Virus record (IMG/VR): IMGVR_UViG_3300036790_000419
Location: 1-64,000 of that record
DNA from: a virus
Strand: one strand, 5' to 3'
Length of the DNA: 64,000 bases
Made by a program: the position numbers and the translations under genes. This document shows, one piece after another, positions 36,064 through 44,082 of this stretch; the first letter of the stretch is position 1, and each line of letters opens with the position of its first letter. The notes below the pieces were generated by a model. The model saw only the letters and a program-made list of their open reading frames with translations, did no database searches and was not told the origin of the DNA.

Positions 36064-36761
36064 TGGCCGGCCTGGTCATCGCGCTGCTGACCGTCGCGTG
36101 GGTCGTGAAGGACTCCAGCCCGCTGCTGCGCCGCCTGCGGTACCGCGAGCTGCCGGCCGCGCTGGTCATCTGCCTGGCCGGCCGGCAGCGCCGCCGCGCC
36201 CTGTGCGGGATCCTGGACCGCCGCGCCCGGCTCAGCCGGCCGCTGCCCGCCCCGGTGCGCAGGGGGCCGCCGTCGGCGCTGGCATTCACCGGTTCCCCGT
36301 CCCCGCGGGCCGACGCTGGGGCCTACGCGGAGCTGGCCGGGTTCATGCGCGGCGGCATGATCTCGGCCGACGAGGCCCGCGCCCGGGTCGCCGGGTTCAC
36401 CGCCGGGTTCACCGCCTGGTCGGACCCGCGCCCCTGGCCGAGCCCGCCGGGCCGCCGCGCGGGGGAGCCCCGGTGAGCCCGCGCACCACGGAGAACGTGG
36501 CAGCCGACCTGGTGCGCCTGGCCGTGGCCGGCTCGCCGGACCCCGCTGTCCGCGCTGAGGTGGAAGCCCGGGTGCGCAAGCTGACGGCCGAGGCGTGCGG
36601 CATCACCGCCGCCGCGACCGCGGCGGAGGCCCGCAGGTCGCTCGCGCGGGCCTGGGGCGCCTGGCTGGAGCTGGCCATGTCCACGGGGGTGCTGCGCGAC
36701 GTCCTGGACCTGGAGCCGGCCCTGCGCCGCCGGTTCCTGCTCTTCCTGGAGGGCAAGAAGG

Positions 36762-37082
36762 ATGGCTGACGGCGCGTTCCTGCGGTTCGAGGACCCCTAC
36801 GGCACGGGCAAGGCCTACGCGGAGCTGCCGGCCGGCGAGTACGGCTACAGCGACTCCCAGGGCCTGTACGAGTGGCGCCGGGTGCCGTACGACCACCCGG
36901 AGGGCTCGCTGCTGCCCGGCCCCGGAACGATCCTGGTCCGCATCCACTACTCCGGCGGCGACCGCCAGGGCAGCAGCGGCGGCCAGGTGTGGGCCTCCGG
37001 CCCGGAGCCCCCGGGCCGCGTGCTCCCGTACCCGCACGAGCTGGGCTTCCACGCCGCTGTCAGCCCCGCGAGGCTGAACTGA
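36762..37082 (+). CDS. hypothetical protein
   Basis: Operonic ORF. Confidence 0.6.
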   Translation: MADGAFLRFEDPYGTGKAYAELPAGEYGYSDSQGLYEWRRVPYDHPEGSLLPGPGTILVRIHYSGGDRQGSSGGQVWASGPEPPGRVLPYPHELGFHAAVSPARLN

Positions 37083-37426
37083 TGCCGGGGCTCATCGCCG
37101 GCTTCACCCATGTCCAGCGGGGCAGGTCCGCCTACAGGGGCGCGCTGCGGGTAACCCCGAAGTCGGTGCCCCGCTGGACCTGCGCCTGCGCCCCTGACCA
37201 CCTGACGGCCGCCGGGGCCGTGAAGTGCGCGGAGGCCGAGCTGGAGCGGCGCGGGCAGGGCGGCCGGGAGGTTTTCACCCTGCTGCGCTGCAAACCGTGC
37301 GACCGCTGGCTGGCGGACGGGCCCGGCCCGGTGGCCTGCCCGTGGTGCTCGGTGCCGCTGGAGCGGGTGAAGCTGGCGGTACTGGGCCGCGGCGCCGCTG
37401 TTGACCCCGGCCGCAGGAAACACTAG
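37082..37426 (+). CDS. hypothetical Zn-binding protein
   Basis: TGATG coupling; CKPC/CPWC. Confidence 0.55.
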   Translation: MPGLIAGFTHVQRGRSAYRGALRVTPKSVPRWTCACAPDHLTAAGAVKCAEAELERRGQGGREVFTLLRCKPCDRWLADGPGPVACPWCSVPLERVKLAVLGRGAAVDPGRRKH

Positions 37427-37454
37427 ACTCAAGTCAAGAAAGTAGGAGGCCAGC

Positions 37455-37766
37455 TTGAGCAACGACGCTGCCGTCGCCGTGCCGGACGGGTTCACCCGCC
37501 CGGAGCCGCCGTACGAGGCACCTGACGGCCAGCACTGGGAGGCCGCGCGGGAGGGCCCTGAGTGGGACGTCGCCGGGCCGGGCAGGAAGTGCCGGTTCCG
37601 CGGCGCGTCCGAGCGCGCCTGCGGCGAGCCCGCCGGCCTCGTGCGGCTGCGCGGCATCAAGACGCGCATCCCCTGGAACTACTGCCTTGCCCACGCCTAC
37701 GGGCGCTGGGCGGAGGACGGGAAGGTCATGACATGGAAGCTGAGGGACGACCCGCCGGAGGGGTAG
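37455..37766 (+). CDS. hypothetical protein
   Basis: AGGAGG RBS after palindrome 37423. Confidence 0.65.
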   Translation: MSNDAAVAVPDGFTRPEPPYEAPDGQHWEAAREGPEWDVAGPGRKCRFRGASERACGEPAGLVRLRGIKTRIPWNYCLAHAYGRWAEDGKVMTWKLRDDPPEG

Positions 37767-38109
37767 AGGCCTGGCTGGAAGCCGACGGCGCGGAGTTCCG
37801 CGGCGGAGCCGCCGGGCTGGACACCGACGGGTTCGCCAGTCGCACCCTGGAGGTGCTAGGGGCTGTCGTGCCGCTGCCGGACGCCACCGCCGACGACTTC
37901 GGCCGGGTGGACTCCGCGGAGCGGCTGCGCACCCCGGAGGCCTGGCAGGAGTGGCTGGGCGAGTGGACCGGCCGGATGGCCTGGGCCGGGGACCGCCAGG
38001 TGCACGAGACCAACTTCATGGCCCGGGCGAAGCCCGGCGAGGTGACCGGCGGCTACGTCAAGTCGGCCGCCACCCGTGACGGCCTGCCGCTCTGGGAGAA
38101 GGCGACCTG

Positions 38110-38712
38110 ATGGACCTGGCCCCGCTGGAAATCAGCAAGGACGAGGCACGGGAGAAGCTGGCCGAGTACCAGCAGGCGCTCCTGGCCGAGCGCTCGGCCG
38201 AGGACGAGGCCATCGCGGCCGGCTACCGCGCCGCCTCGCGCGGCCTGCCGGTCATCAGCCTGACCCGGACTATCGCGGCCGGCGGGTTCCACGGTAACGG
38301 GCTGCCCCGGCTGGCGGTCATCGGCGCGGGGGCGACTGAGTGCTACGCCAGGTGGGACGGCGGAGCCCTGGTTTACGCTGACCGCGACGACTGGATGGTT
38401 AACCGCGGTGCCCTGGTCGGCGCGCACTCGGTACGGGTGCCGGTGGCCGCCGACGACCTGCCCGGCGACTTCCGGCGGGTCTGGCACCGCGGGCACGCGC
38501 TGGTCCCGCTCATCCCGCCCCGGCACCGGCCGAAGCCCCGTCGGCTGCGGCACTGCCACGTCCTGTGGGAGGTGGAGGAGTGGACGCTGACCCCGCCGCA
38601 CGACCCGGCGCTGCTGCGGCATATCCGTGGCGACCTGTGGGCCGTACTGGCCGTCTGGGACCTGACCGAGCTTGAGCGCCTGGTCCTGACGCAGCGGGTT
38701 ACCGCACGGTGA
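38110..38712 (+). CDS. hypothetical phage protein
   Basis: HVLWEVEEW..PP.DPALLRH..GDLWAVLAVWDLTELE. Confidence 0.75.
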   Translation: MDLAPLEISKDEAREKLAEYQQALLAERSAEDEAIAAGYRAASRGLPVISLTRTIAAGGFHGNGLPRLAVIGAGATECYARWDGGALVYADRDDWMVNRGALVGAHSVRVPVAADDLPGDFRRVWHRGHALVPLIPPRHRPKPRRLRHCHVLWEVEEWTLTPPHDPALLRHIRGDLWAVLAVWDLTELERLVLTQRVTAR

Positions 38713-38914
38713 GCTTTGCGTCCGAGCACCCCGTTTCCTGCGCGCGCCGGGAAGACCTCAGCTGCCAGGCCAGCCACCCGGGCAGCCGACGGGACGCCAT
38801 GGCCGCGGACCGGAAGGGCTGGTTCCACAGCAAGGCTGAGGAGCTGGCCTGGTGCCCCGATCACGTGCCGGACTGGGTTCCGGCCTGGCGCGCCAGGCAG
38901 CGGGCCGTCAGCCG

Positions 38915-39319
38915 GTGACTGAGCCGCTGCCCCGCCGCTACGGCAGCCTGTGGCTGCCCGCGCTCGGCCTGCGGGTACTTGACCGGCCGTGCCGGCGCCC
39001 CGGCACGGCCGAGGCCCGCCTGCGGGTGTGGCACGCCTCGGAGGGCGGCTTCTTCGCCGTCGTCACCGACCCGGGCACGCGCCGCGGCATCCCCGAGCTG
39101 GCCGCGGCCGAGGACACCTGGCGGCGGCTGGCGGGGCAGTACGGGCACCCGCTCGGGATGGCGGAGCTGTGGCCGGGCGGCGAGGTTGACCTGGTCCTGC
39201 CGCCGCGCGAGGGGCAGCTCGGCTGGCTGCAGGCTTACCCGCACCGGCCCGGGCACTCCCTGGCGGGCGTGGTCGCCACCTGGTGGGCGGTCAACGGAGA
39301 CGTGATTCTCGCGCCATGA
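38915..39319 (+). CDS. hypothetical protein
   Basis: Coupled ORF. Confidence 0.55.
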   Translation: MTEPLPRRYGSLWLPALGLRVLDRPCRRPGTAEARLRVWHASEGGFFAVVTDPGTRRGIPELAAAEDTWRRLAGQYGHPLGMAELWPGGEVDLVLPPREGQLGWLQAYPHRPGHSLAGVVATWWAVNGDVILAP

Positions 39320-39359
39320 CTTGACATGAGTCAAGTAACCTCCCTAGACTCGGGACAAG
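39320..39359 (+). promoter_or_regulatory. promoter with palindrome copies over both -35 and -10
   Basis: CTTGACATGAGTCAAG and CTAGACTCGGGACAAG; TTGACA-18 bp-TAGACT. Confidence 0.75.
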
Positions 39360-39391
39360 AGGGCAACCGAGTACAGGGGAGAGGCACACTC

Positions 39392-39559
39392 ATGGCTGAT
39401 AACCGGGCCGGCCGGTCACGCGAGGCCGGGAACCGCAACCGCGAGCAGCGCTTGCAGGCCAGGCGCTTGCAGGCCCGGCAGGAATTCTGGGACGTGGCGG
39501 GCGAAGGCGGCGGCAGGCCGCACCGGCGGTCGCGCCAGCTTCGCCGGAGGTCCCGGTGA
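39392..39559 (+). CDS. small Arg-rich protein
   Basis: After promoter; coupled to the next gene. Confidence 0.55.
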   Translation: MADNRAGRSREAGNRNREQRLQARRLQARQEFWDVAGEGGGRPHRRSRQLRRRSR

Positions 39560-41274
39560 GCCTCCTCAAGGGCATGACCGCCGTCAGCGGCTTCGACCCT
39601 GACGAGGCCGCCGTTTCCCGGCGCGTGCCGGCGGACGGCACGCTGACTGTCACCGACACCGCGCTGACGCGCGCGCTGACCGCCGCCGGGCGCGGCCTGG
39701 TGACCGGCGGCGGCGGGTACGCGGTCGCCGCCGGGGCCGGGCTCGGGGTGTGCGCCGTCGCCGGGCTCAACCCGATGACGGACCTGCTCGTGGTCGGCGC
39801 GTGCGGCGCTCACGTCGCCCAGCGGGCCCTTGACGGCTGGGCCTGGCACTTCGCCGGCGGCCGGGCCGCGCAGCGCCGCCGGCGCAAGTACCAGGGCGAG
39901 GCCACCCCGCTTGAGGTGCGCGCCTCGCTGTCGCCCGCGTTCGCGGCGAGGAAGATGCGGCGGCTCGCCCCGGGCCTGCCCGCGCCGCAGTCGTACCTCT
40001 CGCTCGGCTACACCGTGCACCGGCCGCGGCAGGCCGTCGCCGTCTCCCGCGCGGAGACCGTCGCCGTCATCGGCGTGCCGCAGACCATCAAGACCGCGCT
40101 CATCAGCCGCTGGATCCTGGAAGCGCCCGGCCCGGTGCTCGCTACCTCCTCGCGTGCCGACCAGTACCGGCACACTGTCGCCGTGCGGGAGACGGCGGGC
40201 GCGGTGCTGGTGCTCGACGCCGACGGGTACGGTCCTGGCACCAACTTCGCGTGGTCGCCCGTCGCCGGGTGCCGCGTCCCCGCCGTGGCCATCCGCCGGG
40301 CCGGCGACTTCATGCACGCCAGCCCGCGCGACCCGTCCGGCAAGGACGCCTGGCACGAGGACCGCGGCGCGAAGCTGCTGCGCTGGGCGCTGCATGCCGC
40401 CGACCTGGCCGGCAAGGACATATTCGACGCGCGGTCCTGGGTGCTGAACCCGGAGGCCGAGGGCTTCCTCAAGGCGCTGCGCGGCGAGGCCGCCGCGCCC
40501 GGCTGGGGCGACGCCCTGGAGACGCTGCTCACCATGGACGGCGAGATGCTGAACAGCGCCGTCGCCTCCGCCGACGCCGCGCTCGGGTGGATGGACGACC
40601 CGGACCTGCTGGCCGTGGCGTGCCCGCGCCCGGGCCAGGGGCTCGACGTCGCCGCGTTCCTGCGCGAGGGCAGCGGGACCGTCTACCTGATCGGCTCGGA
40701 GAGGCCCTACGGCTCGCTCACCCCGTTTTTCAGCGCGTTCGCCACCGAGTTCCTGGAGCAGGCCCGCGTCCTGGCCGAGCAGCAGGGCGGCCGGCTGAAG
40801 GTCCCGGTGCTCGTGGCGGCCGACGAGGCCGCCACCACGGCGAAAATCGACTTCCCGCGCTGGTGCGCGGTCACCGCCGGCTACAACATCACGGTGGTCG
40901 CCGGCTTCCAGGCCGTCAGCCAGATTGACACCGGCTGGGGCGGCCCCGCCGTGACCGAGACCATCCTGGAGCTGATGTCCACCAAGGTCGTCGCCGGCGG
41001 CGGCACCAGCCCGGCCGCCCTGGAGCGGCTGTCGACGATCTGCGGCAAGCGGGAGACCTGGCGCAAGGAGCCCGGCGGCAAGGTCTACGCGGAAGAGCCC
41101 GTCTTCCCGCCCGAGCGCCTGCGCCAGCTGCCCCGGTTCAACGCCCTGGTCGTGCAGCGCGAGGCCAAGCCGGTCCAGGTTCGCATCTCACCCGTCTGGG
41201 AGCATCCCGCTCACCAGGAAGTCGTCATCACCGACGCACCGGGGCCGCAGGCCCCGGACAGCACCGAGGAGTAG
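39556..41274 (+). CDS. VirD4/TraG-like type IV coupling protein (ATPase)
   Basis: N-terminal hydrophobic segments; degenerate Walker A GVPQTIKT; APGPVLATSSR.D; WSPVAGC; Walker B VAADEAA; FQAVSQI..GWG; LRQLP. Confidence 0.8.
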   Translation: MSLLKGMTAVSGFDPDEAAVSRRVPADGTLTVTDTALTRALTAAGRGLVTGGGGYAVAAGAGLGVCAVAGLNPMTDLLVVGACGAHVAQRALDGWAWHFAGGRAAQRRRRKYQGEATPLEVRASLSPAFAARKMRRLAPGLPAPQSYLSLGYTVHRPRQAVAVSRAETVAVIGVPQTIKTALISRWILEAPGPVLATSSRADQYRHTVAVRETAGAVLVLDADGYGPGTNFAWSPVAGCRVPAVAIRRAGDFMHASPRDPSGKDAWHEDRGAKLLRWALHAADLAGKDIFDARSWVLNPEAEGFLKALRGEAAAPGWGDALETLLTMDGEMLNSAVASADAALGWMDDPDLLAVACPRPGQGLDVAAFLREGSGTVYLIGSERPYGSLTPFFSAFATEFLEQARVLAEQQGGRLKVPVLVAADEAATTAKIDFPRWCAVTAGYNITVVAGFQAVSQIDTGWGGPAVTETILELMSTKVVAGGGTSPAALERLSTICGKRETWRKEPGGKVYAEEPVFPPERLRQLPRFNALVVQREAKPVQVRISPVWEHPAHQEVVITDAPGPQAPDSTEE

Positions 41275-41278
41275 GACA

Positions 41279-41863
41279 TTGCCCCTGACCCACCCGCACC
41301 GCCGCAGGCTGCCGAAGCACGCCCGGCACATCGCCCGGCAGATGCTGCGGCCCCGTGCCGCCTCGCGCGCCAGCGTCCTGATGTCGCACGTGCAGCAGCT
41401 CGACAGCGCCGTCAACCTCCGGGACTACCCGGACCGGCTGCCCCCCGACAGCGACCGGCATTCTCCCGGTGTCCGCGTCATCGCCGGCCCCGAGACCCGC
41501 TCCCTGCTGCGGCAGCTGCTGGCCTCCCGGGACCTGCGCACCCAGCAGCAGCTCGTGCGCGAGATCCGCCACCAGGTTCAGAAGCGGGTCCTGGCCGCGC
41601 TGCGCCGCGCCCGCGCCATGGAGCGCGCCCGCGAGCGCCTCGGCAAGGTCGCCCGGGGTGCCCGCCACCACGGGGGCCGGCTGCTCGGCTGGCTTCGCTC
41701 CGCTGCCGGACGCGCCCGCGGTGCCCGGGAGACCCGTACCGTCGGCAACCGCAAGCCCGTGACCCGTGCGCGCACGGGGGGCCAGGCCCGCACCCGCGAG
41801 CCCGTGGCCCGCACCCGCAAGCCCGCCGAGCGGGCTACCCGGGCCCGGACCGCGCGGCAGTGA
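41279..41863 (+). CDS. highly basic hypothetical protein
   Basis: GAGGAG RBS, TTG start. Confidence 0.6.
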   Translation: MPLTHPHRRRLPKHARHIARQMLRPRAASRASVLMSHVQQLDSAVNLRDYPDRLPPDSDRHSPGVRVIAGPETRSLLRQLLASRDLRTQQQLVREIRHQVQKRVLAALRRARAMERARERLGKVARGARHHGGRLLGWLRSAAGRARGARETRTVGNRKPVTRARTGGQARTREPVARTRKPAERATRARTARQ

Positions 41864-43045
41864 TATTGACGCTCTCCGGTCAGGGGCCGTAGCCTCTGAC
41901 CGGAGAGCCCGAGAGGCCCAGTCCGCACCCGGCGCACCCGGGCGGGGACAGGTGCCCCGGGCCTGCCTCCGCTTCGGCAGGAGGCTCTATGAGGCCAGTT
42001 GCAGTCCCTTCGGCAGGGCAGCGACTGGCTTCACGCCTTTTCCGCAGCGCGCCGGCCTGGGATAACCGGGCCGTAATTGACAGGCACCCGGTTCCGCGGC
42101 CGGCTGGTGAGGCTGGCGGGGAGGGAACCGGGTGCCTTTCATGTCGACGCGAGCGCCACCGCACCTGGCGCGCTGTAGATCGCATGCGAGTCCAGTTTGC
42201 CTTACGAGCTGCTATATTCCAACCTCGGGGCCCCCTGGCCCTCGCTCGCGGAGCGCACGGTGACCGTGGGCGGGGTCCGCGTGCCCTTCGCCGAGGCGCT
42301 GCGCGCCGCTGAGATCCTGCGAGCCAGCCGGACGTCCGCCATCGCGCCGGTGCTGCGCTCGGCGGGCTCGCCGCTGGCCGGGTGCGATTACCTCGCCGCC
42401 GCCGCGCCCTACCTCGCCGCGGCCCGCGCCGTCCCCAAGACCGGCCGCGCCGGCGCGGCCGGCCGGCACGTCGCCAAGGACGCGTTCCTCCAGGCCGTCG
42501 CCCTGGCGCTGGCCGTCGCCCGCGAGCAGGACCTGGCTGACGCGCTGGAGGCGTTCACCTCCGACGAGCGGTACGCCGTGGCCATCGCCCGCGCCGCTGT
42601 CGACGCCCGTGAGCGCGCCTACGCCGCCGGGGTGCGCTCGGCCGTCCGCTCGGCCGTCGCCCGCGCTGTGGCCGCCTGCGGGGCCGTGCCGGGGCAGTTC
42701 TCGTGCTCGGCCGCCACCGCGTGCGGGACGGGCTGCTGCCGGTTCGCCGCGCCCGCGTACCGCGCGGCCGCCGCCCCGGCCGCCCCCGGCCGGTTCACCC
42801 GGCCGGCCAACCACACGGACGCCGGGCGGGGCTTCACCGAGGCCGGGGCCGCCACCGAGATCGCCGCCCGGGGCGGGCCCGCCCGCGGGGTGCAGGTCTG
42901 GGACGCCGATGCCCTGGCCGGCGGCGAGGCGGCGTGAGGCCTGCTGGAGCAGGATCCCGATGCCCTCGTGCGGGGGCTCATGCTGCTCACCCCGTACCAG
43001 CGAGCCGCGCCGCGGCTCGCGCTCGCCGCGGCCGATTCCCCCGGC

Positions 43046-43327
43046 ATGTCACTGGTTACCAGCGCCGAGCAGGCTGCCGAGAAGGTCTTCCGCGAGGTGG
43101 AGGCCAAGGTTGAGGAGTTCGACGGGGAGGCGCTGGCCGAGGCCCGGCGGCTGCTCGCTGACGCGAAGGCGGCGGAGTCCCGGCTGGTGGTCCTGCTGGG
43201 CAATTACCGGACCGAGATCGGGGCGCTGGTCGCGAAGTACGGGCCGGAGGTCGTGACGGACGTCGACGCCGAGCTGGCGAAGCTGCTGGCCCAGGTCGAG
43301 GGGCTGTTCGGCACCGCCGGGCGGTGA
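43046..43327 (+). CDS. helical hypothetical protein
   Basis: Protein-like composition; coupled downstream. Confidence 0.6.
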   Translation: MSLVTSAEQAAEKVFREVEAKVEEFDGEALAEARRLLADAKAAESRLVVLLGNYRTEIGALVAKYGPEVVTDVDAELAKLLAQVEGLFGTAGR

Positions 43328-43752
43328 GGGTCCCCCGTGCGGCTGCCATTATGGGCCTTGCCGACGGCACCACCACCGGCACCGGGCTTTCCCTGGCCCT
43401 GTACATCGCTCACCAGTCGCACCTGGCCGTGTGGCTGGCAGGGCTGTCCGGGGGCCTGGCCGCGTTTCCTGGCATGTCTTCGGGCCGCTATCAGTCGGAC
43501 CCGGGCGACGGCATCGGCGGCGCGGTCGTCTGCGGTGCGGCTACAACTGCCGGATCAGTGCTGGTCGCACTTCCTTTCGCGTTTGCGTCAGGGCGCGCTG
43601 CTCTCCTTGCGGGTGGCCTCGTCACCCTTGCCCTGTGCTCTGTCGTCGCTGTGATAAGGCCGGACACCGGGTGGCGGGCGTGGGCGCTGAGCTACGGGAT
43701 TACCGCCGTAGCGGCCGGGCTGTGCATCGGTGCCGGCGTCATGACGCAGTGA
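43324..43752 (+). CDS. VIT1/CCC1 family membrane protein (short)
   Basis: AAIMGLADG...AGLSGGLAA..GMSSGRYQS; 4-5 TM segments. Confidence 0.65.
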   Translation: MRVPRAAAIMGLADGTTTGTGLSLALYIAHQSHLAVWLAGLSGGLAAFPGMSSGRYQSDPGDGIGGAVVCGAATTAGSVLVALPFAFASGRAALLAGGLVTLALCSVVAVIRPDTGWRAWALSYGITAVAAGLCIGAGVMTQ

Positions 43753-43765
43753 CGATCGCAGGGGC

Positions 43766-44074
43766 GTGGCGTTCGTCAGGTTCCTGGTCCACTTCTTCGG
43801 CTGTGACTACGGGGCCGCCTACGGGAGGTTCGTCCCCTACGACTTCTGGTCGGGCGTCGCCGGCTCGTTCCTGGTCGGGGTGGTCGTCTTCGGCGGCACC
43901 TGGTACCTGAGCCACACCTGCCACGGGTCGGCGTGGTGCCTGCGCTGGGGAAAGTACCAGGCGGCGGGCGGGACGTTCAAGCTCTGCCGGCATCATCACC
44001 CTGACCTGCGCGGCCAGCGCCCGCACCGCGAACTCATCGAGCGGCTGCACCGCGAGCACCAGGCCCGGACGTAG
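43766..44074 (+). CDS. small membrane protein
   Basis: One TM segment plus a Cys/His C-terminus. Confidence 0.6.
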   Translation: MAFVRFLVHFFGCDYGAAYGRFVPYDFWSGVAGSFLVGVVVFGGTWYLSHTCHGSAWCLRWGKYQAAGGTFKLCRHHHPDLRGQRPHRELIERLHREHQART

Positions 44075-44082
44075 CAGCAGGC

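Noticed and set aside
42197-42937. Ala-rich 246-aa ORF as a confidently assigned gene
   Set aside because: TTG start without a clear RBS and no recognisable motif; may be real but cannot be supported here.
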